From the NCBI RefSeq assembly GCF_018977255.1, contig NW_024704743.1:51710001-51774000 (forward strand): a DNA stretch of 64,000 nucleotides, written 5' to 3'. The DNA is from Callorhinchus milii (Eukaryota). Under the pieces are notes generated by a model, which had not been told where the DNA came from, did no database searches, and saw nothing but the letters and a program-made list of their open reading frames with translations. Shown in pieces: positions 12,066 to 24,400 of this stretch (positions are counted from its first letter, which is position 1; every line of letters starts with the position of its first letter). Both the position numbers and the translations under genes were made by a program.

Positions 12066-12380
12066 TAATAATAATAATCCTTGCATTTGATATAGCGCTT
12101 TTCACGTCAGGAGGACGTCCCAAAGCGCTTCACAGAACGCACTGTAAAGTGAATTGACTGTATATTTGTGGGCAAACGCGGCATCCAATTGCACACAGCA
12201 ATGTCCCACAAACAGTCATAGATTAAAAATGACCAATTTATTATTGTTTTGTTTTTTTGGAGGGATTATGATTAGGCGTGTGGAGTAAGGAAACTTACCC
12301 AAGGTTTTGCCCTGCCTGGAATTGAACCCAGGTATTTCGCTTGCAAAGCGAGTGCTCTAATCACTGAGCTACAGGACTCC
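12066..12380 (-). mobile_element. Young tRNA-Ala-derived SINE, short form
   Basis: GGAGTCCTGTAGCTCAGTGATTAGAGCACTCGCTTTGCAAGCGA..GGGTTCAATTCC head; tail GGGACGTCCTCCTGACGTGAAAAGCGCTATATCAAATGCAAGG(ATT)n. Confidence 0.9.
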
Positions 12381-13459
12381 ACAATATCTACTATTAACCC
12401 TTATACAAAGAGATCACGTGAACAGGCAGACAGCAGCTCATTTTAACCTCATCTGAAGGACAGCACCTCTAACAATGCAGCACACTCTAGAGGCAGCCTC
12501 AGCTATGAGTTCAAAGTCCCAAAATGGGACTTGAAACCCACAATCTTCTGAGTCAGAGGCAAGAGTGCTACTACTAAAACCTCTATCTAATTCCTATTAA
12601 AATAATTTAGAGACTCTGTCTTAGCAATGGTTTGTGGCATAGAATTCCACATTCCAATCCTTTTTTGTATAAAGAATAGTACCATATATTTACTGCTAAG
12701 CTTGTGGTGTCCCACATTCAATTTTAACTTACAGCCGTTGGTGAGTTAAAGTCAAGTAATAATCGCAGATAAGCACCTAATGAAACAGGAACCAAGACAC
12801 TTAACCTTTCTAAGTAACTGCAAGGTAATATAACCACCAGAGCTGATTGGAAAATGTCATGCTTTAAAGAGATGTAAGTTCTACTAAATTACCCCATAAT
12901 CCTAAATATTATGGAGTGAGATATCTAATCTCATTGGTATCTCTCAGTTATCCTTTGTTACAATGTTTTATATTTAGAAGTAGTGAGCTCCAGGCATGCA
13001 GCACTCCCCATTCATGATACCACTGGAGCAGAACTCTACAAAATCACTTAAGGGAAGAATATCACAGAAAGTATCTGCTCTCAAGCTGTCTCTAAAACAT
13101 GTCAACTGGGAAACAAGAGATGGCTGAATGGCACCAATGTGAATAGAAATATACTATCTCCCTTTATAAAAAATTAAAAATCATGGAGCAATTCAATTCA
13201 GAGATTATTAGGCACTTGGGGACACTGTGTGCAAAAACATTTATCTTGACCTCCCTATTTGCTCATTTACCATCTGTTTTAAATTGATGCTTCCGATCAC
13301 TGACTCACCAAGCAGTGGAAATATTTTTTCCTATTGTCTATCAAAATCCTTCAAAATGCTTTGTAAGTGCAAATTGTCATGGCCATACAGTTATCCCAGA
13401 TATGATGAGATAAATGTAGCACTACTTATCTAGCCAGGAGAATTTTTTTTGTGGGAATC

Positions 13460-13897
13460 ATACAACTCCATGGATGTTAAAGATCCCATGGCACTCATCG
13501 AAAAGAGAAGGAAGTTTCTCCAGATGTCCTGGCCAACAATCCCTCAAATAAAATTGGTTAATCCCTTCATTTCACTTCTTTGCTGTCCAAATTGGTTGCT
13601 GCATACATGCATGGTACTACATACTCCCATTGCTTTAAGATTGACTCAATCACCTTGTACTTTTACTTTCAATGGAAGATTTAACTTTTTACAAATATTC
13701 TGTTTTACAACAGAAAAATAATTGAGTTGAAAAAGTATTGGTCAGGAAAAGGCAACACAAGTGGGACCCCATACCAGAAAACCACATCGCCTACAAATAC
13801 ATAGTCACTACATTTCACAGTAAATCCTGTGAGGTGCTTAGAACCGTCTCGATGACATGATACAGCTCTATATCAAATGCAAGGATTATTATTATTT
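13460..13897 (+). mobile_element. SacSINE1/Deu-like SINE interrupted by an unclassified ~150-bp repeat
   Basis: GGATGTTAAAGATCCCATGGCACT..GTCCTGGCCAACA..AAATTGGTTGCTGCAT, then an insert at ~13625-13790, then CCTACAAATACATAGTCAC..CAAATGCAAGG(ATT)n. Confidence 0.65.
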
Positions 13898-16214
13898 TAT
13901 TACAACAGTAACTCTCCTTAAGCTGTTGTTGATGCTCGCAATAGATGTGTGCTTGAACAAGGACTTGATATGACTTATTGACTTTTGATGAAATAGAAGA
14001 GCTACCTAAACCACCAATAAACTTCTAGATTGAAGACTGATAGAATCTGAATCTTCTGAGACAGTTTATGAAGTGAGCACATACCAGTATTTAACAGAAC
14101 TGTAAAAACAGTTTCCCCAAATATTTACACTGCATTGATTTTCAGCTCCTGTTTACTGCTATATTTAAAAATTTAACTGCATTAGTACAGTGCTTGGGGA
14201 AATTGTTCAGAGAATCACAGAGGAACACCTTTGTTTTTAAATCAAAAGTAAAATTGTACCTTTTCGTTCATTTGATTTTAAAAAAAGATACTTTATGCAA
14301 TTCAGTAAATTGCTGTGGAGTGCTGAAGTTTCTAAAGATGAAAATATTTTTTCCATCTACTGGATTCAGAATCTGTATGATACCAAATAGTCATGATATT
14401 TCTAATGGAAAGGAGTCCTTTTCAAGGAAGTTGGTGTGACTGAGTACCTCTATTTTAGCATTTACTACCATGATTTTCGATCCATATTTATTTCATCTGC
14501 TAAATGAAATCCAATTTAAAGCAATTAATATTAATGTACTTAGATAATGCCGATGATGAATTAATAAAAAACCTGGCCTGACACCAGCCTGTTTGCTTGG
14601 TGCTTTTAATGATGCTTTTAGCTGCAACGGGCAAGGGAAGCAGCAAGATCCATTCAAAGTCTGAAAAATGGAAACTATCATTCAGCCAGCTTTTTTTTGG
14701 TACAATCAATCGCATTGATTAGGCAAGAAAAAAAACACTTGCTGGATCTTTACTAAAATTGCTACAATCCCGGTTATAAATACCTCAAGCTTCACTGACA
14801 CTGCCAGAATTAGCTCTGTGGTTCAAGTTCTTAAACATTGTTCACTGGTGAGCAAAGTGAACCTTGACGTGAATGAAACAACTGTGTCACATTGGGAGAG
14901 GGTTGAAAGAAGAGGTGGCAGATTGTGAGGCCAGTCAGAATCCTTATGTCAGTCTCTACGGATTACAGTTACAGTGGATTGGTTTCAATGAAATATTTCC
15001 AAGTGCACTTCTTAGGTGATGAAAAGGACGTTGTTGACCGAATCAGTGTTTTTTTTTATTTACTATCAAAGCCTTTGGCTAACATGGATTGACTTAATTT
15101 TTCAATAATGAATTTTAGTTCAGAGCATTTAACCATAATGAAAGGGGGAAACCAATCTAACAAATATTTTTTTTCATTCAGGTTATCTTAACGCTGCTGC
15201 AGGCAAAAAAAAGTACAAATATTTTCTATCAAGATTGTCCACTGTGGCTCTTTCCAAATGCCAGTATCAATCACAGATGACTGGATCAATAACTATGTTT
15301 TGGCCCCAATCTCCTGCGAGAGATGGCATGCCATCAGTGACAGACAAATATCACAGTTAAGCAAAATATCCAGCCAGGCCTAGTAACATTTTTATTGATT
15401 TTTGTTGTGCAAATAATGTCTTTTTTGGCTGAATGGATGGCTCAGAGGCAAACAGTCATTGTTTATGATTTCAAAATGCAATAAAGAGACTGGAAATACA
15501 TTACAGCTGATGTCTCAAGGCACATAACATAATCATCCTTTGGTAGTGAAAAACTATACAGCTGCACCATCACTGCATATTTATCCCTGCTTAAAGGCAC
15601 CTGTAGGACTTGCAAATCTTAATCAAAATCACTCTGAGAGGAATGCCACTGCCCTTTAACCCATAATTAACACAGAATCTGACAGGAGAAATAAGGCTTA
15701 ATTCTACAAAATTACTAAATCGTTAAGTTTTATTAATCTCTATGGCAACAAAATAAAATTACACTCCCGTTTGATTCAACCACATTAGATTTTTTTTACT
15801 TACAAAAGAAAATTATATTATATGAATAGCATCATAGTTAAGATTTTTAATAAAAGGCAATTTTAACTGATTACAGCTAAATGCATCATAGTTCAGAAGT
15901 AAATACAAATGTCTTCAGAATGGTTTATGAAAGCTATTTCATTAAGTGTTTTAATAGCATATATTATAGAGTTCACTGAGTTAAATCTGTTATAACAAAT
16001 CCATTCAAGCAACAAAGAACTTGCTTTTGTATATATCTTATCACAATAAAATGCCTCAAAGTTCTTACTGTTAAATGTAGTTACAGTTTTTGCTGGTACA
16101 CTCAATATCCATTGCACCAGATATTTAGATATGAGACACCAGACATATAGCCATGAGATAAATAATCAATTAATCTGGAAGATGTTCATTGGGACACTGG
16201 AAGATTCAACAATA

Positions 16215-16470
16215 ATTTACATTCATATGGCACCTTACAGGTTATGGGGAGCATCTTAAAGTTCACTGGGAGACTGAGCTGGTGGGTGGGATGGGGGATG
16301 GGGGGGTAGGGGGGATGAGTTGCGGGTGTGGGGTGTGGAACCCATCTTGGGAAAGGTAACCAAAATCATTGTTTGAAAGAAAAGTCTTAAGCTGGGTTTT
16401 AAAGGCAGGAAGGGAGGGAGAAAGGGGGAGAGACTCCAGGCTGGAGTTCCAGAGAGTGGAGATCTGGTGG
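16215..16470 (-). mobile_element. L2 LINE 3' end fragment with G-rich UTR on the + strand
   Basis: Minus ORF segment TLWNSSLESLPLSPSLPAFKTQLKTFL is the L2 ORF2 C-terminus. Confidence 0.75.
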
Positions 16471-16989
16471 GCGAACATGAAGATCTGGTGGGAGATATGA
16501 AGTTGGTACGAATTGAGCAATGGAGCAGCTTCAGGGAGAAACTATAATTGAGAAGGAGAAATCCCATTCTCCTTTCAAATAGTCACAGGACTTTTGCTGT
16601 TCAGGTAGATGTTAAATAGGTTCTTGGTTTTAAACTGTTGTGCGCAATTGGCTGCCACATTTCATCCACAAATATGCAGTCAATTCACTTTACAGTATAT
16701 TCTGTGAAGCTCCTTTAGACGTCTACAAGACATGAAAAATACTAAATCAAATGCAAGGATTATTATTATAACATCCCACCTCGGCAACCCATTGATGCTC
16801 AAGAGAGTTAATGTGGATCTTGAACCTGCAACCTTCTGAGCCAAAGGGAAGCATGTTGGTGACTTTGACACCAAATATGATACTCACAGTTGTTCTTATC
16901 GGGATCTAACTTCTTAATATTTGAACCCATGACCAAATTTAGAGAATGTATTGTAAAAAAAATTTGCTACAAAGGAATATTCAAGATAT

Positions 16990-18135
16990 AATAACAACGA
17001 CTTGGATTTATATAGCATCCTTCATACCGGACAGCATCTCAGAGCACTTTACAGTAACGGATCCCGGGACTGAGCCAGGGGGAGGGGGAGGAAGGTGACC
17101 AAAGGCGTGGTCGAAAAGAAAGGTCTTCAGCAGAGACCTGAAAATGGGAAGGGAGGGAGCGAGATAAAGGGAGTGAGGAAAGCAGTTCCACAGCCTCAGG
17201 GCATAGCGGCTGAAGGCACGGCTGCCGAGGATGGAGCGGAGGACTCGAGGGTCAAGGAGGAAGCCAGACCCAGTGGAATGCAGGCAACGGGCACTGTTTT
17301 GAGGAGAGAGGAGGTCAGAGAGGTTGGGGGTGAAGAGGAGTGGAGGGATTTGAAGACAAGGGTGAGGATCTTGAAGTCGATCCTCTCTGGGACAGGCAGG
17401 CAGTGTAATCTGGCAAGGACTGGGGTAATCGGGGAGCGGAGTTTGTTGCGGGTAAGAATGTGGGCGGCAGAGTTTTGTATGACCTGGATTTTATGGATGG
17501 CAGTGGAGGGGAGACCGGCCAGGAGCGCATTTGAATAATAATACTAATAATCCTTGCATTTGATATAGGGCTTTTCACGTCGGGAGGACATCCCAAAGCG
17601 ATTCACAGAACACACTGTAAAGTGAATTGACTGTATATTTGTGGGCGAACGCGGCAGCCAATTGCGCACAGCAATGTCCCACAAACAGTCGTAGATTGAA
17701 AATGACCAATTTATTATTGTTTTGGGTTTTGGAGGGATTATTATTAGGCGTGTGAAGTAAGGAAACTTGCCCAAGGTTTCACCCTGCCTGGAATTGAACT
17801 CAGGTCTCTCACTTGCAAAGTGAGTGCTCTAACCACTGAGCTACAGGACTCCTGAATGATAGTTCAGTCGAGAGGTGACAAAAGCATGTACCAGGGTTTC
17901 AGCGGCTTTTGGAGTGAGGTATTGGCGGAGATGGGTGATGCGTCGGAGGTGGGAGAAAGCGGTGCTGGTGAGGCACCGGATGTGGGGAAGGAAGGATAAT
18001 TGGGGTCGAACCTGACGCCTAAGTTGCGTATGGGTTCGGAGAATTTTAGGGGGAGGTCAGGTAGGTGGAGAAGGTGAGAACCGTGTAGTTTTAGATGTTG
18101 ACGAGAGCCAAAGGGTATGGCTTCCGTCTTGTCAA
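16990..18135 (-). mobile_element. L2 LINE (tail type B), 5'-truncated, interrupted by a SINE at 17535-17852
   Basis: Minus strand contains KTEAIPFGSRQHLK..IRNLGVRFDP, HKIQVIQNSAAHILTRNKLRSPITPVL, and tail GCTCTGAGATGCTGTCCGGTATGAAGGATGCTATATAAATCCAAG. Confidence 0.9.
17535..17852 (-). mobile_element. Young tRNA-Ala-derived SINE, short form, nested in L2
   Basis: Same head and tail as 12066-12380; TGAAT on both flanks is a probable target-site duplication within the L2. Confidence 0.9.
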
Positions 18136-18705
18136 GACAAGAGTGAGGATCTTGAAGTCGAAGATAGCACAGTTTGTTGCAAACTGACTATACAACAACT
18201 AAACATTTGATGTACCAACACAACTTTGCAGAGAGTACTTTGATTCCTGTTCCAAAGTTCCTTTTGTTTTCTATATACCGTACATAATTTTTATGCCAAG
18301 GCAATTCTTGTGTAGCATCCTGTTTATTAGAGGCATAATTGCCAGCAGAAAATGTAACGCACAGCAATTAGTAGCTGATATCACTGTTGACATGTCTTTA
18401 GCATTCCAATAAAATGATGCGTGACATAAAACATGCTCTAGTCTTCATTCTATTGCATCCTCCATTCTCTTCTGCCATGATAATTGCTATGAAACTGATC
18501 CTGAGAGAAATTTAATCAACTGATAAAACTGATGTTCTCACACTTCAATGTCACACTAAATTTAGCACACAATATTATTTCCTCACTAAACTTAGAACGT
18601 TTGCAAACTAGAAGAAACACAATGGTCTTATCTGCCAAGGTTCATAAATTCAGTGATCTTCAGAAAATCTCTCCTGTTGCCACTAGCCCTATTTAGACAC
18701 TTTGT

Positions 18706-18760
18706 CAATGCTGGCCAAACTATGACCCACGGACCGGCAAGATGTCTCCTGCCCCCACCC
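18706..18760 (+). mobile_element. hAT-Charlie-like terminal fragment
   Basis: CAATGCTGGCCAAACTATGACCCACGGACCGG resembles the recalled MER58/Charlie end CAGGGGTCGGCAAACTACGGCCCGCGGGCC. Confidence 0.35.
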
Positions 18761-19259
18761 CCATCCGAATATTCACACTCGTCTAGTGTGCACGCGTTTG
18801 ATCTATAGTGTGCTTCTAGGTGTTTTTTGATTGAATATTTCTTGATTTATGACATAAATAAATAATCAATCCAAAAAATGTATTTTGTTGGACAACCAAA
18901 AAGATTTGCCACCACTGCTTTATACTTTTGTACCAAACTTGTAGCTTGCTGCTTAAAACTAAAGTGGATAATCCCTGGGTTTCTTTCAACTCAGCTACTA
19001 TAGTCAATGTAGTAAATATTCATATATTTTGCCTCTTATATTGAGTAATGCAGGTTAATATTCATCGTTACTCCATCATTCACGCATATAATCAACCAAA
19101 TAATCAACCACATAATTTGTAATATTTGTATCAAAAGCAGTTTGAAGTGTCATCAGGGAGATCTGTAACATGCTATACAATTGCTGTTACATTGAAAAAA
19201 TGAGAACTGGCTTAGGTGACACAAGAAGAAGGTGACAATTTGTTTTCTAGCCTAAATTC

Positions 19260-19612
19260 TAATAATAATCCTTGCATGATATATCGCCATATCATATTTT
19301 TGTCCCGAAGAACTTCACAGAATATACTGTAAAGTGAATTGACTGTATATTTTGTGGATGAAACGCAGCAGCCAATTGGCCACAGCAGTGTCCCACAAAC
19401 AGTAACCAATTTTTTTCCAAACTATTAAGGAATTATTATCCCCGGAAAAACGATTCGCCAATCAACTAACAACTGGGTTCCTACTTAGTTTCTGTAAACG
19501 TGTGGAGGCGTGTGGAGTAAGAAAACTTGCCCAACATCTCGCCCTGCCGGGAATCAAACCTAGGTCTCTTGCCTGCGAGGCGAGTGCTCTAACCACTGAG
19601 CTACAGGACTCC
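19260..19612 (-). mobile_element. tRNA-derived SINE, long form
   Basis: Same head family; retains the internal segment CGTTTACAGAAACTAAGTAGGAACCCAGTTGTTAGTTGATTGG also present at 50461-50826. Confidence 0.88.
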
Positions 19613-19873
19613 ACAAATTAAAATAACCAATTAAAACTAAAAGGATTTTAAGCAGTTATGTGCTTTAAATTTGATACAACTAAAGCTTTGAAGCTTAAAG
19701 GAATCATTGTAAAAAGTAAAATAACATTTTCCATATGTAGGTGCCTTTTCAAAAACTTTACCTCCCACTTTTATTATTATTGCAATAAATATGCATTGGA
19801 GACTGAATTTACAAAAGGTCATTCTTGGAAATTATAGGAAGCGATTTGGACAATAAAAATGGTTTAAGCCGGA

Positions 19874-20420
19874 TGTCAACCTGGCTTGCTTTGTGGCACT
19901 CTCTCGTCCAATTCATAAGGTTATAAATTGAAGCCCCGTGTAAGGGCTTTGAGCTCATAGTCTAGGCTGACAGTGCAGTGCAATGCTGGGGCAGTGTTGT
20001 ATTGTCAGAAATGTCCTCCTTTGGATCACTAAACCAAGGTGCTGTCTGCCTGTTCAAATGAATGTTAAGATCCCATGGCAGTATTCCAAAAAGTTAGCTT
20101 CTTTAAGTGTCCTCAAAAATCCACCAGATAAAATTATTCATTCATTTCGTTGTTTGTGGGACATTGCTGTGCAGTTCGGGTACCTTGATCACCTATAAAA
20201 TACACAGTCATTACACTTTACAATAAATCTTGTAAATCCTATCTCTTCAATTATGTGCACGGTCACTTTGCCCTACTCCTTCTCCCTTGCTCAGCATCCA
20301 ACCCTTCCCTTGTATAGCACTCTGGGTGAAGATTGCTGTTGTTGATTAAAATACTTTGAGATGTACCAATGAAATGATAGTATACTGTGTCAAATACAAG
20401 GATTATTAACATTAACAATA
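19874..20420 (+). mobile_element. Old SacSINE1/Deu-like SINE
   Basis: TGTCAACCTGGCTT..GCACTCTC..AAGGTTATAAATTGAAGCCCC..AAACCAAGG..TGTTAAGATCCCATGGCA..GTTTGTGGGACATTGCTGTG..CAAATACAAGGATTATT. Confidence 0.75.
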
Positions 20421-20481
20421 ATAAACAGTGTTTATAATTAAACTATTATAAACAGGCTGACATCCGGCTTAAACCATTTGT

Positions 20482-20796
20482 GGAATCCTGTAGCTCAGTG
20501 GTTAGAGCACTCGCTTTGCAAGCGAGAGACCTGAGTTCAAGTCCAGGCAGGGCGAAACCTTGGGCAAGTTTCCTTACTCCACACGTCGAATAATAATCCC
20601 TCCAAAAATCCAAAACAATAATAAATTGGTCCTTTTCAATCTACGACTGTTGGTGGGACATTGCTGTGTGCAATCAACTAATTTGCCCACAAATATACAG
20701 TCAATTCACTTTACAGTGTGTTCTGTGAAGCGCTTTGGGATGTCCTCCCGACATGAAAAACGCTATATCAAATGCAAGGATTATTATTATTATTAT
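20482..20796 (+). mobile_element. Young tRNA-Ala-derived SINE, short form
   Basis: GGAATCCTGTAGCTCAGTGGTTAGAGCACTCGCTTTGCAAGCGAGAGACCTGAGTTCAAGTCCAGGCAGG: A box, anticodon arm CTCGC-TTTGCAA-GCGAG (TGC = Ala), B box; L2-type tail and (TTA)n. Confidence 0.92.
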
Positions 20797-23629
20797 AGAT
20801 GTACAAGAAGACTACAAACTTCAAAACCATAAAACTTCTTCCTAACTTCCTGCCAGGTCACAGTTGTTAGACAACCATATTGAACCAATGGCAGTCTTCT
20901 CGCTTGCTTTGTTGAGTTTGTATTGGGGATGCAGGAGAGAAAACTAAATATCACTGCCACAAAAAGCTACTAACCTCCCCTAAATTCAACCCACTTCACA
21001 TCATGAATACACACCTTTCCTGCAGATTTCTCTACTGAAGTTTCTAATCAGCACATCTGGATTGTCAAAGAGTTTGCTTCTTATGAGGTCAAAACACTCA
21101 TTACTGCTTGTTAAGGTGATAATAATGTGATAATTGTTTGGTCTGCTGTGATTGGTACTATAACCTTCTCTAAACCACAAACAGGGCTGCTGGGAAGTTA
21201 CCTCTATGTTCCCATGTGTTTCTAATTATTCTCAGAGTACAACAAACAACTCCATTACAGGTCCTAATGGATGAAATATTGGAAACATTGTCCTGTCATT
21301 ACTCCAGTTCAATATTGTATTTATTCCTATGGGCAGAGGTCAGATCAAGTTTAAAATACCTCAGGGTGGCGAAAGCATGTATTTAAGTGACATTTTATCT
21401 TTGTCCTTATTGCATTTATGGTTAATTTTATGAATTATTGCTTACTGATTTATATTATTAGAACTGGCCTTAAAAAGTTTATTGGGGGTGAAAATGCATC
21501 CTGTGGTTTGGTAATTATTGCTGTTGCATTTTTCACCCCAATATTTAAACATGTATCTTTTAAAAAACGCAGCACAAGTACACTTAATTTTAACTGGATT
21601 AGATTGCAACACTTCTAAATTGTGGTTGCGGAAATTCTTAACTAAACTGCTTCCTGGCAGTTCTTTAAGCGTCAATTCACTTGCTTGCCATTAACTTTGG
21701 GTTGGAACAGCATGACAGATTGGGTGGCATTTCTGACTCCAGCGTATGATAAAAGGTGGAAATGTATTGCTGGGCAAATAAAAAAATCATGGGCCCCCCT
21801 CACCACCACCATCTCCCAAAATGTCTTGGAGAAGATCTGAAGTAACACAGCCAACTGCAGGGTCAGATTGCTGTAATGTGGGAGCTCACTAATTTAATAC
21901 AATCCAGGCACCAAAACCTATCGCTTTTTTTGGAGGAAGAAAGGGGTGGGGGAATAAGAGGATTGATGATGCCATGGTATCTTAGGGGGGGTGAACTTGG
22001 CATTGAAGATGGATTTTGGATCTATTATTAATTCTTTTATTGATACAGACTATCCTCATTGAAGATAATTCCTCTGGTCCAAGGGAAGGGGCATCTATCT
22101 CAAATTTACATCACGCCATTACCACATGCCACCTTCCACTTAAATGAAGGCACCCCAGATTAACTCCAGCAGGCTCCTGTGTGTCAAAAACAAGTTCTTA
22201 CCATGCGAGTTTGGGCTTCTGTGGTGCTGGTGGTGGAGAGAGGAATCACATGGTCCACCAAACAAACTTGCCACAATGTGCATCCATCCATGACGTTAGA
22301 CATCTTTATTCCTACACATTGTTAATTTCTCCTCTGATTTGCAATACTTATCCTCCTCTTCTTTCAAGTGGACATTGCTGTTGGATTACTCTGAATATAT
22401 AAAAGATTTTTTTTTGAATGATTTCCTTTTCTCTTCCTCCCTTTAGGCTTTCAAACACCACATCCCGTCCCCGTGCCAAGAGGTTCATCAGGAGGCCAAG
22501 GCCCTGCTCCCAACTTCTGGGACAACTTTTGAGCTGATCACCGGGAGGCACACAAAAGTTAATTGAAGTGAGTTACTCTCCAATTCCTCCTTTTATCCCC
22601 TGTGGGGAAGCAACCTAATGTCCACTTGTTATCTATTTGAGAGAGAAAAAAAATTAAGGCTGTGAGACACATAGGAAGTAAACACTTTACTCTGAAAGTA
22701 CTTTCCCCTACAGCCACCTTCTTATTTAAGGGGCACAGCACAGCTCATTTTGAGTATATAATGAAAATTCAAACCATCAAATGAAGCCATCAAATCATTG
22801 GATTTACTGCCAGATTAGCCTGTTGCAGACAACAATGCTAGTTCCTATATAGTTCCACTACATCAGTACTGCTGAAACCTTCCCTGCCTTTAAATTAAAA
22901 ACTGTGTCTTGGGGGCAACTATTTTCCAAGATGATAAAGCTGAAATCTATCAAAAGAAATCTGAAAATTCTGACCCCGAATGCACTTCTGATAGAGATGA
23001 AAAACTGACATCATCTTGTACTGCATTACTCCCACATCTTAGGAACAGCAAGGCACTCATTCTGCTTTGTTTTCTACTGCAAGAAAATAGTTTATTTGCT
23101 TTTCCTTACAATTGAAACTTAATTTTCCCTTTTTTTCCACCAGTTTAAATTTGCCTATTAGTGAAAAACCTAAGCTTTTGAGTTATTTACTGATAGGCAA
23201 CAGAATCTTTAACCTAAACAAGGCTAATCTTTCTGATACACTTTTAAGTATTTGGGGGTTAGAGTGCTTGAGATAGGATGATATTATTATTTATTATTAT
23301 TTATTCAGCTAATCCCAATGAATACATGGTATGGAAAGAGAGGACAATGAAGATCTGTTGGTTATGATTTTTATTTGACTTTGTGGTTCAAATATGCTCT
23401 TGGGATATAAATAATTTCATATAATTTATGAACGTTTTGATGTGATCAGTTACTGTGTATGTGCAGAAGCACAAATCCATACTTCTGACCGGTTGTTTCC
23501 AAATTTCAATAAAGATAATAAATATTATTGATTTATATTACAAAAGACATGTGTTTCATATCACAAAATTTGAATATGTCAATATGAAGTTGTAAATTAT
23601 AGCATTGCAACTTTGGAGAAATAAGTATT

Positions 23630-24400
23630 ATGAACATAAAAAAGTCTATAAAACAAGAAAAGGACATTCCGCATTAAGCTAATTCAGTTCAATGAGCTGG
23701 TTATGTTGCCATCCATTAACTTTCTCAGTCAAATCTTCCATCCCAAGTTAACACTTCCCATCTATTTAAGATGATTCCCATTTAAACTTTCATGCAACAG
23801 TAATCTTTTGAGCTTCCTTTTGAAAGAATGTTCAGGCTCAGCGTTCACTGCACTAGGTGACAACTTATTCCACAAAACAATTATGCTAAGAATAAAGTTC
23901 TCTAAGAAATTATCTGAAGTTTTCCTTTTATATAGGGTTCAATACATCAGTGTTTTTTAAAGCAATATGGCCAAAACTGAGAAAGCATTCTAAGTGTGGG
24001 CTCACTATTATATAGATGTGTGCAACGTATTGTGATACTCAGTTTTGAAAATGCATCCCCACAACATTTAGTTTGCCTCATTGACTATTAATGCACACTG
24101 AGGATGCATTTTGAAAAGACTTCCATAACTAATTCCAAATTGATCTCTTGCACTGCCTTCGTCAAGCTATGACTATTTGCATCAAATTCTATATTTGTGT
24201 ACCTCAGTATATGCTTTGCATTTATCTGCAATAAATGTCATTTCCCTATCGTTTGCTTGGATGTAGAGTTTTTCCAAATCCCTTCCGATATCTGCATCCC
24301 CTCTGCATTTTACCTTCCCACACAAATTGTGTCATCAGCAAATTTAGAAATTCTGGAGTTTTTTTAATACACTTATCTAGGTATTTTATTTAAACAGCAA
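23630..24400 (-). mobile_element. Highly degenerate CR1-clade LINE
   Basis: Plus strand TTGTGTCATCAGCAAATTT is the reverse complement of KFADDT; also TTTGCATTTATCTGCAATAAATGTCATTT (MTF..DKCK region) and TCTAAGTGTGGGCTCACT. Confidence 0.6.

Noticed and set aside
16281..16338. G-quadruplex-like G-runs
   Set aside because: Explained by the C-rich 3' UTR of a minus-strand L2.
20482..20553. tRNA-Ala(TGC) gene
   Set aside because: It is a SINE head: the acceptor stem pairs poorly, it runs directly into SINE body and LINE tail, and six such copies are present.
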